64,000 nucleotides of DNA from Octopus sinensis (taxonomy: Eukaryota): contig NW_021825323.1 in NCBI RefSeq assembly GCF_006345805.1, forward strand, positions 1 through 64,000. Reading direction: 5' to 3'. A program made the translations under genes and the position numbers. Below are positions 12,701-26,397 of this stretch, piece by piece (the first letter of the stretch is position 1; every line of letters starts with the position of its first letter). Under the pieces are notes generated by a model that was given only the letters and a program-made list of their open reading frames with translations, ran no database searches and had not been told where the DNA came from.

Positions 12701-14906
12701 AGTTCACTCAATTTCTTGATTTAATTTTGACACCTGAGCAGCATCATAAAGAATTTGTTCCATTAGAAAAGCTTATTTCAGAATATGGATTATCTCATGA
12801 AACGGCTTTTATGATAAATCGTCTATCTATTTGGAAAGACTTTGAACACCAAATGAAAAAACCTGAGTTTAATGGTGAAAATGTTAGATTATTATTTATT
12901 TACATTTTAGAATTATTTACATGGTTTTCAAAGGTGTATTTCACGTTTTATGCTGCATTTCGACGGTTTTAAGTAATAAAAATAAACTATAATAATTAAG
13001 ATATGAATTATTTTCGGTTTTTTGGATGCTGACATTATACGATATTGATTTTCCGGAAGAATTGTACATAAAGCAAATATCACGGATAAAAACTGATATT
13101 TCTAATCATGAAAATCTCAAGGAGGTTATATTTTATTCGTATTGAATATCCCATTCCTAAATTATTTAAATATAAAAAATAGTGCGAAAAAGTAAAGAAG
13201 AGGGAAGTTTCGAAATTTCAAGAATTGTTGCGGAAGCTACAAAATGAAATGGAGACTCATTCAAAACATGTGAAAAATATAGAAAATTTATTAAATGGTC
13301 TAAGAATTGATCGTGGATCGCCAGGTTGTTATATAGTTTATATATTTTGCTAAAGATGTTATGAGGAACTTTTTCTTTACTTGTATTTTCAAACGTATTC
13401 GCCTATCTGCGGTCGATGCAGTTTTTTGTGCTAAGTTTGGCCAAGTTTTGCATTTCATGACCAAAGTTGATTTTCCTACAGCAGTTTTTTTTGACAAAGT
13501 TTTTTATTCTATTTCGTTTTTTTTAAGATTTTTAGTAGTTACGTTGTTTATTTAATGCTTATCCGTTGTTCTGAAAACGAAGCTTATCGTTACGGAATTT
13601 TTATAAACCAATGTCTCTGTTGTGTTATGAAATGGCACTATTCCGAACAGCAATTTAATAATGTTTTTAAATTATATTTTGTTATTTATAGGAATGTTTT
13701 CAGAACTCTGGATTTTATATTAATTCACCGAGCTCAAACAATGAAAAAAAGCAAATGGATTTTGATTCTTATCAACGTATTGTATTCAAGTGGCATTCTC
13801 AGCTTAAAAATGTATTTTTTGTTATTCCATTTAATGTAGGCAATTTTATCAAGTATTCGATCGTGTGATTTTATTCTTATCCGAAATTCCTTATCTCTTT
13901 TATTAAGGGTCTCTATCTCTTTATTATTTTTGTCGTAAATTATAGATAATCGATAATTTCCCGATTATAGATGTTCATGCCCATGCTATTTGTGAGCGTA
14001 TTGATTTTGCAATTCAACAAGAAAAAATTGGAGAACGGAATGATCTTTTTGCTTTGCTCACCGGGTATATATCGAAATATTAATTATGTAGATATTTTGG
14101 TTTATTAAAATCAAAACAAAAAACGTGGATTTCACGAAATGAATTTCGTGCCAAAGCTTCTAATTTTGTATCCTTTATTTTTTAATATTCAAATTGTAGT
14201 CTGATGTTTTTTCAGACCTAAAGTCCTCTCGATTTTCAGGAACTACTAATAGTAGAAATTAGTATTTAAATACTCTTAGAGAACAGCACTGGAGTTTCTC
14301 TTTCACGTAAAAGAAACTTACAAAGTGGTGTTCCCGAACCAGATGGAATCAGCGATGAACAAAGTTCGGAAAAATATTCTTCTGTCAAGTTTGATTTTGA
14401 TACTTTTATATCAAATATTTTACTAACCTGTATTTTTAGATATTCAAGAAATAGTGCCTCAAACACATCTCTTAGAAAAGATCATACTGAGTGTTAGATG
14501 TTGAATTTTATCTGCTTTTATAGCCTCTTTCAACAGCCGTAATTCTCGATCATCTGTTAATTCAACTCATGTTTTAAAACCTACAATTGGTCAATCAAGT
14601 CCGTGTATTTTAAGTGATAAAGAAAAAGAAATCAAACGTAAATCAGGAGATAATACTCTAGGTATTTTTTTAATTATTACCTCAGAATTTTCAAACAATA
14701 AGCGTAGCCGTTCTGATTTAAATGAAAAGGCATAATCTAACTTTTATGTTTTAAGGATAGACATTTTCAATCCGTTAACGATTCAGAGAATCTACATTCA
14801 TCGTCTATGAATATAAATAAAGAAAGTAAAATAGAGCGAGGTTTTGTTTTAACAATAAAATATAGCAATTCGTGATTTGAAGCCGTCTGGTGGAACTTTT
14901 AAATAG
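9737..14906 (+). CDS. THOC2: THO complex subunit 2, multi-exon with many micro-introns; start approximate
   Basis: Spliced motifs match THOC2 in order: CERLNP, TKKFYLQTKFNLLWESNEGFSKL, GCFQLDPNRVID, MGPYLSSDTILLIKLVR, IDETILPSLCL, RRLTKDNVKLMGRKIGK, RYDNLIGPIIECLKF, LQEVVQKMSGI, QCHDTLYQF, CIFKRIRLSAVDAVFCAKF, CSENEAYRYGIF, RNDLFALLTGY. Mapped introns: 10306-10335 (30 nt), 11439-11467 (29), 11800-11826 (27), 11912-11941 (30), 12273-12295 (23). Confidence 0.92.
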
Positions 14907-15222
14907 TTTGAATAGTTTACTTGCTTTTAATTTTTTTTGATTTCGATTTATTACTTTTTATATCCTTTACTTATGATTTTGCGTTTAGTAATTTTTTTAT
15001 TGGTAACACACCTACAAAGTGGATTCATTTTGTTCCGCTATGTTTTCTCGAAGTTCTTAAAAATCCAATTTGTTTCCTGAAAACTCACGAATTTTGTTGC
15101 ATGATTTAGAATCAGAATTTTCTTTTTTAAAATTGTAGTTATTTATTTACCACAACATAAATATCACGTGTAGATATGTCGATGTGTGCTCCACTTGGAA
15201 AAAACAACAATATTATTTATAA

Positions 15223-16562
15223 CTAGCTCGCCAGCTCTCTTCGCTCACTGCGACCTAGCTCCTGCGGAGGGCCTGTTTCATTAAACAACTATAAGTTTAT
15301 GTAAATATATTAAACGCCCTGGTTTGATGTAACCACAGTCTAACGCCTGTTGATAAACAATGTTTGTTATCCGTCTTTCCTTGGCATATATAAATAAATT
15401 TTCTTTTCTATCTAGCCTTCTGCATTCCGCATACAGCTGTCTATGGGAAAAGCACTCGCTCTCTAAAAATAAGCCAACTGCTTTTAACGACTGTCGCTGG
15501 GCCTTGTTTATTATCATCGCAAAATTTATCTTCAACGGAAATTGCAGGCTTTTAAAACTTGTCTTTAACGGATCAGATGAACTAACAGAAACACAAGATA
15601 ACTAACACATCAAATAGATACCAAAAAATTAATTAAGTCGGCAAAGAAAGATCAAACAACGAAGCAGCTGGCAAAGAAGCAACAGGGTACGAATTGAGAA
15701 AGTGCAAAATTAATACAGTAAACTCTCTCAAATTTGCCATTTTTGGTTCCTGGCGAAATTGTGGCCAATTTAAGAAATGGCAGATTTCTGAATAAAATTT
15801 TTATTTAATTTTCTATAATTAAACTATTTAAATTAATAAATTGTATTTTTATAGGAATTATTATTAACCAAAGAATTTAAAAAAATTAAATTTTATTAAG
15901 TTTTCTAGAAGTCTATTTTCAATCTCTCTTAATTTTTAAACCATTTCAGCCTTGCTTAATGATTTAATGCACTTTTACAAAACCCGATTTTTCTTGTTCC
16001 TCAATAGAAATTCATTTCTCCTCATCATCAATTGCCTCTTTTTCACTGTAATCAATTGAAATAAATTCTTCTATTTTAATTGGATCATAAATATCTGTTT
16101 TGCTTACAATGTCAGCTGGTATATTGTAGTTTTAATTAAATACCTTAAGCTCAGCTTTTTTTCTTTAGCTTCGTTTTCTTTTTTCAAGTTCCGTCTTCCC
16201 TTTTACGTTATTTTTGAATAATAAAAGAGACTAGGAAAAGAAGCATACCGAAAATAAATTCAATCAGTATTTATCGAAGCCCACATTAAAATTTCTTTTG
16301 ACAGTGGAAGTGGCGCTTATATGAATCGGGGACATGCTGGTTGTTCATTTTAACCAAACTTGAGAAAAAAATGTTTTAATTTCATTAAGAATATTTTTAA
16401 TATGTTAGTTTTTTAGGTAGAAGATTTTTGGAGGACCTTGTACCTTATTATTGGCGAATTATAACGGGGAAAACTTTGAAAATTTATCTGTAGTTTGCTA
16501 ATTTGAAGTTGGTCCGCACGCACAGACAGAAAGACATACACCATACCATTTTATTATTAAGA
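15223..16562 (-). mobile_element. Non-autonomous Helitron retaining the helicase C-terminus
   Basis: 5' A|TCTTAATAATAAAATGG at 16562 and 3' CTAG|T at 15223; LQFPLKINFAMIINKAQRQSL...FSHRQLY (PIF1-like motifs); homologous to 42613-45059. Confidence 0.85.
15716..16180 (-). mobile_element. pogo/Tigger-like fragment inside the Helitron
   Basis: TA|CAGTAAAACTCTCTCAAATTTGCC end. Minus-strand IYDPIKIEEFISID resembles the C-terminus of the pogo at ~53000. Absent from the 42.6-kb Helitron copy. Confidence 0.5.
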
Positions 16563-16996
16563 TAATATACCTAGAGCAGAATGGACAACCGCATTAAAGA
16601 GAAAGACGTCTGATGGCCAAAACATCGTTCCATATTTCAACCGCGTTGACGACGAAGATACGTCGCGCCCCAGGTAAGTGGCTTCCCTCGGTTGAAGGGA
16701 AACACAGTAATCCCGTTCGGTCTCTTCCCGTTCCAGTTGAAGGGTATAGGAAATCACTAAAGATGAAATCAACAGTTTGAACCAATTTCTTTGAAACCCA
16801 CTAAGAAGAATTATTAAACCAAAAAATCGGCGGATTTGAGAGACAATTTAAATTTTAAATAATCCATTTTAATTGAAAGTTACAGTCTTTAAAATCTATA
16901 CAATTTTTAGAATTTCATTTATATAAATAATAAATTTAGTAAAATTATTTTTTTCAAAGAAATCATAAATTTTATTTTTTATTTGATTTTCTAAGC

Positions 16997-19324
16997 CAGC
17001 GGTTATCAACCGTGGTCCCCAGAAAATTTTTAGTGGTCCCCAGGAATTTTCGAAAAATAAAAATATATTAAAGTTAAAACTAATTGTACAATTAAGTATA
17101 AATCAAAAACATTGAAATTAATCAAGCGGTTCTCAATCGTGGTCCCCAGAAAATTTTTAGTGGTCCCCAGGAATTTTCGAAAAATAACAATATATTAAAT
17201 TTAAAACTAATTGTACAATTAAGTATAAATCAAAAACATTGAAATTAATTTGATTTGATTAGCGTGGTTTATCATTCTAGTTATGGTTAACAAGAATCGT
17301 CGTCTTTGGTCGGATTCTTACGTACAATTTGGATTCACTAAATTCATTGCCCCAAATAATGAAATAAAGGCAAAATGCATGATTTGCCATAAAATTTTGG
17401 GAAACAATTCACTGAAACCTTTTCAACTTAGGCGCCACAAAGAGTCTGTACACCCAGAAAATTCTTCCTCACATGAATATTTTAAAGTCAAAAGAACGAA
17501 GTTTGATTCACAGCCAAAGCTTGAGTGGTTTAATAAATCTCAAGATAAACCGAGATTAGAAGCATCATATGCTGTAATTTTAATTTATATCTAAAACAAA
17601 TAGGTCTCAATGATTATCGCAAAAAACAAAGCTGCACATAATTCTGATGAAAAGTTAATCAAACCAGCGGCTCTTGAAATGGCTCGAATTTTGTTTGGTC
17701 CGGATGCAGTTACCAAACAACGATTCAATTTCCCGTAGAATTTCAGAATTGTCATCTGATATTCTGAAGCAATTAATTGAAAGAATCAATAAAAATAAAT
17801 GCAGAATAAGTATTCAATTGGACGAGTCAACTGACATTTCTAACGTCTGTCAGCTTGTGTCCTATGTTCGCTTTGTTGATGATGAGAATATTATTGATGA
17901 GTTTTTATTTTGTTTGGAGATGGATGGACACACTCGTGGAGAGGACATCTTTAATATTTTTGACAATTTTATGAAGACGAATAAAATCCAATGGGATAAA
18001 GTTGGATCTATATGTACTGATGGTGCACCTGCGATGATTGGTCATCAATCTGGACTTGTTACTCGTATTAAGGATTTGGTTCCTGATATTGTTACAAGAC
18101 ATTGTGCATTGCACAAATATGCACTTTGTTCAAAAACTATGTGTTCGTCGTTAAGAGAAACACTAAACACTATTGTAAAAGTGATAAACTATATTCGATC
18201 TCAACCACTTAATCATCGAATTTTCCAAACTCTTTGTGAAGAGTTAGGAAGTGATCATTCTATACTACTTTATCATTCTGAAATTAGGTGGCTTTCAAGG
18301 GGAAAAATCCTTTCGAGAATTTGTGAACTTTCCCCTGCGATCTCTTTGTTTTTGCGTGATAATATGCAGCATGATTGGGCCGATCAATTCGATGATTTTA
18401 CTTTTAAATCGAAAATGTATTATCTTGCCGATTTTTTAAACATTTTAAATGAGTTTAATTTGTCAATGCAGGGTAAAATTTTTATTAATTTATTTAAAGG
18501 TCTTTATATATCAATTGTCGAGGTCAATCAAATAATAATGGCTTTTAAAAAAAAGTTATTATTGTGGATAATGAAAATAAAAAAAGGAATAACATCAATG
18601 TTCCCAATGCTTGAATATCATCTCGGACACAACCCACCGGATAATGTTCTTCTAAGTCTGATAATCAAACATCTGGAAAATCTCAAGACAAAATTTCATG
18701 ATTATTTTCCTGTTGAAGACCCAATTCCAAACTGGATCGTTCAACCTTTCTTGACCTCATTTAAAGAATATCAGGAACTCAATTTTCAGCAGAGCTTGAT
18801 TGAACTTCAATGTAATCAGTCTGCTCAGATTATTTTCAAATGTACTCCATTATTAGATTTTTGGTATTCTCATTAATAATTACTTTTTATTGTTAGGTGT
18901 CAGATGGCGAAAGAATTCCCCATTTTGAGTAAAACTGCATTGGAATCAATACTTGCGTTCCCCACTACTTATCACTGTGAAATGGCGATGTCGTGTCTGA
19001 CTTTTCTAAAAACAAAATATAGAAATAGACTACGGGTACAAGATGATATGCGAGTAGCTTTGTCGAACATAGAGCCTGATATAAGTAAAATTATTCTGAG
19101 CAAACAAGATCAGAAATCTCACTAAATTACTATTAAATTTTCTGTTATTTTCATAATGTTAATGTTATTTTTATAATAAATATTCGAACATGTCTAAACC
19201 TGGCCCTGACGAGGCCAAAAATTGTGCGCTAATACCAAAAAATGTTTATTTTATTTAAGGTGGTCCCCACAAAATTTTATAGTGCAAAAGTGGTCCCCAG
19301 TCTAAAAAAGGTTGAGAACCGCTG
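16997..19324 (+). mobile_element. hAT (Buster/Charlie-type) transposon, near full-length, intron-containing transposase
   Basis: TIRs CAGCGGTT(A/C)TCAACC; 8-bp TSD TTCTAAGC (16989-16996 / 19325-19332); BED finger (CMIC...HKESVH), IQLDESTD, CTDGAPAM, HCALH, RWLSRG, dimerisation motif FPTTYHCEMAMS; introns 17574-17603, 18473-18499, 18864-18896; at least one frameshift near 17700. Confidence 0.95.
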
Positions 19325-19462
19325 TTCTAAGCAGTTCGCCAATTTTCATGAGCGGATTCGAGAAGCAGCGGATTCGAGATGTTTTACTGTATTTGATAAT
19401 GCAAGATGTCATAAAACTATTGAATGCACAACAAAAAAAATGGGAAGCTAATTAAACATTAA

Positions 19463-19790
19463 TCTTTATAACAAAATTGTATGGTGTGTGTCTGTCTGTG
19501 TGTGCGTGCACCAACTTCAAATTGGCAAAGTACAGATAAATTTACAAAATTTTTTCCCCAAAATGATGAGCTTCTCCAAAAATATTCCACCCAAAAAAAT
19601 TGCATATCAAGAATATCCTCAATAATGAGGTCCTTAAATCTTTCCCGCCAAAAAAATGTAAGAAATTTTTTTCTTGATTTTGATTAAAATGAACAACACG
19701 GATGTCCTAGACTTACATGATGAAATCCTTAAAACCTTCCGCCGAAAAATGATAAACAAGAAAGCTCAGTTGAAGGTAATTAATTAAAAC
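19463..19790 (+). mobile_element. Helitron 5' fragment of the same family
   Basis: A|TCTTTATAACAAAATTGTATGGTGTGTG...caacttcaaattggcaa, followed by diverged copies of the 95-bp unit in the opposite orientation to 43695-44980. Confidence 0.75.
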
Positions 19791-19989
19791 TGTTTATGCT
19801 TAACTTCACATGTTGTTGCCCGGTTTTTCTTTACGTGCCCCTTTATTGGCTGGTGCTGTTCTGTCTGCTGTTTCTCTGCCTATTGTTATCTATTAATGTG
19901 ATAGCTATCTTTTTAATTGATATGTTGATTCGTGTGTTTTATTTGAATGTTTGATTAGTGTGTTTGTATGTTAAAATTGCCGGGAGCGC

Positions 19990-20290
19990 AGAGGACAGAC
20001 TGTATGCCGCGGAAAAAAACGATGAGGGCAAAGGAGAGAAAATATGAAGTGCTGCGAGATCGATTCGTGTTCTGTCCGATTGTGGTCGAGACAACTGGAG
20101 GAATAAGTGGGAAATCGCTTCGCTTCCTAAAGAAGCTTGGATGCTTAGCCACATTAAAAAGCCACGACACACGTGAGACCCGGTGGCTTCTCCAGTTGAT
20201 CTCCGTTGCTATCGTGAGAGGCAACGCAACGTCAATTATGTTGGCGGGGTCCACTTCGGATAGATGGCTTTGTTAACTTCTAGTAAATAA
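19990..20290 (+). mobile_element. CRE-like 3' fragment (restriction-like endonuclease end)
   Basis: KERKYEVLRDRFVFCPIVVETTG...WLLQLISVAIVRGNA. Confidence 0.85.
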
Positions 20291-20319
20291 CAGTTTCTTT
20301 TATTTGGTAAACTAAATGG

Positions 20320-20610
20320 AAAAAAATACGCATAAAGTCTTATTAATAGCATGCCAGGCCGAATATATAGATGTAATTAGAGCTAATGGAGGACATATTA
20401 GATATTAAATAAATTTGTTCATTTTTTTGGGTTCTGGATTATCAATGAATGAAAAACCGTATAAATATTATATTTTTTAGAAAAACTGAAAAATAAACAG
20501 TACTTTAAATCAGTTAAACAAGAAATTTTAAAAAATCGAACTGAATGCTCAATGGAACCTAATAGTGAGCTTTTTTTGCCATGCAAGAAGAGAGATTCAC
20601 TGTTTACCTT
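20320..20610 (+). mobile_element. Tc1-like 3' end fragment
   Basis: LINSMPGR...VIRANGGHIRY* is the typical Tc1 transposase C-terminus. Confidence 0.6.
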
Positions 20611-20699
20611 GTCTACAAAAAAAGAAAAAAAACCTTTATAGTTACAAATTAACATCATTGCTTACTGAACTGCGAAACTGTTATTGTCGACTTGAAAAA

Positions 20700-22500
20700 A
20701 GCTTCAGATAAGTTTACAGGCATTATTGCAGCTGAAATTGCCTGTAGCATTTTAGAAGAGCCCGTTAGCATTAACACTGACAAATCTTCACCCCGACATT
20801 GATAGAGATTGAGATCCTTACGCAATCTTTGTTTACCAGATTCCCAAAGGAAAGGAGAGGGAGATCCTTTTACCAAACACCGCTGCCTTGACAGGGACCT
20901 GCACGTAAGCAAGTTCTCGAACCAAACCGAGCTTCCCACCGACCACAAGCATCCGAGTAATCTTCAGACAATTTCCGTTCAGGAAGGTTTCTAAAAACGA
21001 TGTCTGAGAGAAAACGAGCAGCAGAGTGAGCGGATAGAAATGCCGGAAGGCTAAGAACGGAATAGGATTTCATGCCGGAGGTCGTCAAAAACGGCATCGA
21101 GAGAATCACAATTAGCTGCGTCATTCAGGTACCTAATGTAAATAGGGGATCGGATCGAGTGGGCTATACTATTTACGCACAGAGTCCAGGGGATTAATTT
21201 ACTGGACCCCGGTGGACGGAAAGACAGGAACGTCATCGAACATAAAGATCCATGGGGAAGCATATGAGAGATGCACGAGAGGATATGCAAAAGGAGCCAG
21301 TTCGCCGCAGCACTCCAGCAGATGATCGCGTCTGATAGAATTGAAAGCGTTCGAAACGTCGAGTTTAATCATGATAAACTCCTCGGTTGATTCCATTAAT
21401 TCACGAATCAAATGAGCAGCCTCTTCGCAGCCATTAGGACACCAACCCCGAGTTAGGCAGGTAGAAACTTCGAGGACAAGCAGGGAACAACGGCATAACA
21501 CAGAAGCTTAGCAGTAAGCCTCCAAAAAATATTTCCCACGGCGATGGGTCTCACGCCGTTGTCCTTTTTTTGCGAAGGCAGTAAGGTTAGCAGAAAAGAA
21601 AATCCGGCGTGCAAAATCGGAAAGAGAGCTGGAAATAAAACGGTTTCACAGATTGGTAATTGAACGTAGTAATCTCCTTCCAGCTTCAGCGGTGATGGGA
21701 AAAGTCAAATCTTTTAGATGACCGGGCAATCTACTCCACCACTGCTTCCTGGGGAAAAGTTCCTCAGGGCTTTCAGTACAAGGTCTTCCGAGGCCACAGA
21801 AGGATTGACAGCGAGTGTGGCAGAGGACGGATGAGGTCTGAAATCGTGATGCTGAGAGGGATGTTTCTCATTGAGAGAATTTAAGACTGCGGGTGTCGAG
21901 GATAAAATGGAACTCGTAGAGGCGACAAGCCTGACAGCTCCATGAACATCGCCATCCACAAGTTTGCTATTTATCTTTCTCTAGAGGTAGTCGTCATCAT
22001 TCGCGGGAGGTTGAGCGTTATGGGAGGTGGAGCCAGATGTAGTCTCTGAATTGGCGAAATAAATATGAAACTAGCAAAGTGAAAAACAGTTCTTGTTGTA
22101 CGAGGCCAATTCTTATTTGACGATCGTAGCAAGCAAGGGGGAAGAAGTTTTATTACAGACTCTCGATAGGGAAAGGCCGAGGCCGAAAGAAGCAAAGCAG
22201 AACAGCTTAAGCCAATCGGATTGCCCATCGGAAGCCAAAGAATCATATTTTCCGTGGACTATGAAGAGGCTTCTAGGATACGAGCAGCTTTAATGATTCT
22301 TGACGGAATTTGCCGGAGACGGCAGAGGAGTTTGGTGGATTTGAGAAGGAAATAGATAGAATGCGTCCCAAAAATGGACTCAGAGAACGGAAAGGAATCT
22401 GTGAAGTGGCAAACGCCAGGAATCGTAGTGATGAAATGAGGGGATGAAAATAAGGGGCACTAAAGAGACAGGCGGGACACACCCACGATAAAATACGTTC
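20700..22500 (-). mobile_element. CRE-like retrotransposon, fragmented and internally deleted
   Basis: DGDVHGAVRLVAS, PGSSGGVD, GCEEAAH, IKLDVSNAFNSIRRD, TGVQ, WTLCVNSIAHSIRSPIYIRYLNDA; homologous to 58860-62600. Confidence 0.85.
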
Positions 22501-22626
22501 CGAAGGAAAGGAGACTTCTTTTAATTAATTAAGTACACGAAGGCATAGTTAAAATTTATATTTTCTGAATAAAAATAATATTGCCAGGGAGCAAAGGAGC
22601 AGGCATTGATCAAAGTTTCTGAATAA

Positions 22627-25248
22627 GAATGAGGTAGAAGAGTCTATTCTTGTTTACAAGAAGAAACTCTCTACCTATGAATCGAGGTGTAAACATAATC
22701 GAGAGAACAACCTGTTTGAGTTTAATCGCAGGATGTTTTATCGTCGTTTACACGATGATGGGGTGAAGGAGGGTAGCCAGCAAGACTCGGAGATGTTAGC
22801 CACATGGGGGAGTATGTGGAAAGTCCGACCTCGCAAGGGAAAAGTGGACTCTAGCCTAGAGTCCACCAGACCCTTGATGACCGAGTCTTGCGGTGTCTTT
22901 GACATTCGCAAGAAGTTCGATGAGGCAGTTTCCCGCCTTCCAGATTGGAAAACTACCGGGATTGATAAAGTATTTAATTTCTTTATAAAACGCTGTACCT
23001 CATTGCACGATTGTATGTTTAATATAATCGAGAAGTGTATAGCGTCCCCGGATAGTATCCCAAGCTGGTTGTGCACTGGTGTTACTTATTTGATACCAAA
23101 AGTGTCCTGTCCAGCGTCTCCGGCAGATTATCGCCCGATAACCTGCATGCCCACCTTATACAAGCTGATGACCAAGTTGGTGGCTAATGAGGTCAGAGGA
23201 TTTGTTGAGGTTAATGGCATTCTATCCGAGAATCAGCTCGGAACTGTGAGGAATTGCCAGGGAGCAAAGGAGCAGGCATTGATCAACAAGTGCCTTTCTA
23301 ACGTTTACGGAAACTCACTTATGTCTATGTGGGTGGATGTTAAGAAGGCATTTGACTCCGTTAATCATGCATATCTCATCGAATGTCTACACAAGCTGTG
23401 TCTGCCTGTGTGGTTCATTAGTTTTGTTAAAGTTGTGATGAGTATGTGGAGTGTTCATCTCGAGTATAACAAACACACAATCGGTGAGGTAAAACTGGAG
23501 AGGGGGATTTTACAAGGAGATAGCATGTCGCCGCTACTCTTTGTGCTCTGTCTCGAACCATTGAGTAGGCTCAACAATTGTCGATAACTCATGAGGGACG
23601 TTTGTTTAACACGAACCACCTTGTGTTTATTGACGACATTAAATTGTTCGCTCGGTCCTCAAACCAACTCCGCTCTATGGGAGAATGTGTGAACGAATTC
23701 CTGGGGAAAATAGGATTGGAACTTAATTTTTCCAAGTCGGCGACTAACTCGCAATTATGTGGCGATCTGGTCAAGGTCTTGGAAGATCACGAGGGATATA
23801 AGTACCTCGGGATCACTGAAAGCCCCAAATCGCTCATACTCCCAGAAACCAAGATCCAAATAATAGAGGGAGTTCGGAAGCGGGCAGCAATGTTATGCAA
23901 AACTCATTTAAATGCAAGGAATTTATTCCATGCGTTGAATGAATATGCAATATCATTGCTTAACTATTATGTAGGTATTGTGGAGTTTGAGCCACAGGAG
24001 TACGATGATATGGATTGTATGATCCGTAGAGTACTGAGGGAAAACCATGTCCATGTGCTGGCAGCCAACAAGGAGAGGCTATATCTACCACGTGCTCAAT
24101 TCGGAAGGGGGCTTTGTGGAGTGGCCCATTTAAGTGAGCGTATTCTCCTGAAGATGCATGACCACCTGGTGTCTGGTGCTAGTGTATCAGATAGGATGTA
24201 CGCAATCTTGCAAACGGAAAAGGCACGAGCTAGTCACCTTGGAACCATAAAGGCCTATTTGTTGGTCAAGTACGGTTTCGAGAGTGAACGAGTGGTAGAT
24301 GTGAAGGGGTTGATCAAAGTACAAAAAGAGTCTTTGATTAAAAAGATCAACTTAAAAGTCCTTCACAAGACCCTCTTCCAAGCTTTGGACAATCCGCATG
24401 TTGACGTTAAGTCGTCAACGACTTGGCTAAGATATGGAAATAATTCCCCTCGATCCGAAGGATTATTTACCTATCTGCAAGATCGAAACTTTTTCTGGAA
24501 TCGATCTAAGGTCTGTCCTCATTGTAAATTGAGGTGCCTGTCCGTAGACCACATAGCCACGAAATGCGGTAGTATGCTTTACCACGACTATACGTGGAGG
24601 CATAACGAGGTTGTACGTAGTTTACACTTAATGCTGTGCAATAAGTATGGGATTAGACGTTCCAGAAAGTTGCGAACTCATAAGGTGCAGTCTGTGGTCG
24701 AGAATGCCAGAGTATGCATTAAAGTGGATACTAGTATTCACACCTCGATACTTGTCCAGCACAATAAGCCGGACATTGTGGTACAAGATAAGGTCTCTGG
24801 CGAGATACTTATCATAGAAGTTGGCATCACATGTCTAGATCGTTTGACCACGGTGGAAGTGGAAAAGAAGCGTAAGTACGACCTTCTTGCAAACGAGCTT
24901 GGGTTGATGCACAGATGCAAGGTCCTTGTCATTCCTTGCGTGATGACATGGGAAGGAATTGCATCTAAGTACCACAAGGGTTATCTCAGGCAGTTGGGAG
25001 TCGATAGGTACATTCAGGCCTATATGCAGTCCACTGTCCTGAAGAGAACTCTAGAGAGTGCATCTGTTGAGGCGCGCAGATCCAGCCCCCTAATGCCACA
25101 TGGGCAGAAGGACCGGCTGGAAAATGCTCTCACAGAGCTATTCCTTCGACCAGAAGCAGAAGAGGCTGGCCTCCAGACTTCGGATGCGGACGGGTCGTCG
25201 GATTAGTTTAGTTAACTGTTTTATCTCGGGTGTTTTTTGTTAATAAAG
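22627..25248 (+). mobile_element. R4/Dong-like non-LTR retrotransposon (RT + CCHC + RLE), 5'-truncated, one frameshift
   Basis: YRPITC, WVDVKKAFDSV, GILQGDSMSPLLF, FIDDIKL, YKYLG, ERLYLPRAQFGRGL, CPHC...HIATKC, RHNEVV, KPDIVV...IEVG; 21-bp TSD tttctgaataaaaataatatt (22562-22582 / 25249-25269). Confidence 0.9.
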
Positions 25249-25852
25249 TTTCTGAATAAAAATAATATTTGTGATAATTAAAGGATTTTATTTGGACGTC
25301 TACAAGGTCAGAAAATGTAACCAGTTTCCCGTACGTAATTCGTTGCCCATGTTACATAATGTTATATGATAATTAATAAGGGAAAATCAATTAGTTTAAC
25401 ATGATACGTAAAACAATAGCGTCAATGTTGCACTTTATTTTTTAATTAATAATCAATTAAGACAATTGCTGACAAACTTTTATCAAAGTCATGAAATCAA
25501 ACTTTCTTTTTAATATAAATAGGAAAATGATTAATTTTTTAAGAATTGAAAAATGAGATGTTGTTTTGTGGCTTGAAATTTTTTGTGGTTATCTCAAATT
25601 TATTAATTTACATCTAATAAGCATAAATAATGTTTCTATTATCTGGACCGAGTAAGTTTTAAAAAAACAGAAATAATCCAATTGACGAAAACTTATCAGT
25701 GTTGCATTTATAATTTAGCATTTATTAATTGCTAAAACTATTCCAAACTAAAATTTAAACTTTAAAATTTCATCTCCATGGAATTAACCTATTATCGCGT
25801 AAATTGCCCAAATATTTATTAATTTAAGTTCGTTTTTTATATTTTAGAGTAG

Positions 25853-26397
25853 ATGAGTACAGCTAGTGATTTTACCAATGATTTGGAATTGGAGAAGAAA
25901 TTTATTGCTTGGTGCAACTTGACTGAAGAAATTAAAAAAAAAGAAATGAATTCAGCAGAACTTAGAAAAATGCTTGATTCGTTAAAACTCTACAATACAA
26001 AATTTACGTCGACTGACACCGACATTGCATTTAAGGTTGTTTCGAAAAACGGAAGGTTTATTCATTATTTGTTTTATTAAAATCAGAACCATCAATTATC
26101 AATCATTTGCGTCTTTGTTAATACAGTTAAGTAAAAAGATTTCGCCTGAAATAATTGCCAATAAAATGAAAGAATCTCCACGTATTTTCGCTAAAAAAGT
26201 ACTTAATCATATATTTGATTGACGTCATCTAGATTACATCGAAAACAGGAAATGTTGATAAGATGACAGACTCTTCACAATATACTGGAAGTCACAGAGA
26301 ACGATTTGATTCTGAAACCGGGAAGGGTAAAGGAATAGATGGAAGAAAGGACTTGAAAGATAATAGTGGCTATGTCACTGGATTTAAGAAAAATTAA
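25853..26397 (+). CDS. TPPP: Tubulin polymerization-promoting protein (p25-alpha), 3 exons
   Basis: KEMNS...[11 protein letters not shown]...TINYQSF and [38 protein letters not shown]; introns 26056-26086 (31 nt) and 26199-26232 (34 nt) restore the frame. Confidence 0.92.

Noticed and set aside
16565-16790. Possible LINE 3'-end remnant (RRIFVVNAVEIWND)
   Set aside because: Only one weak motif; family and boundaries cannot be supported.
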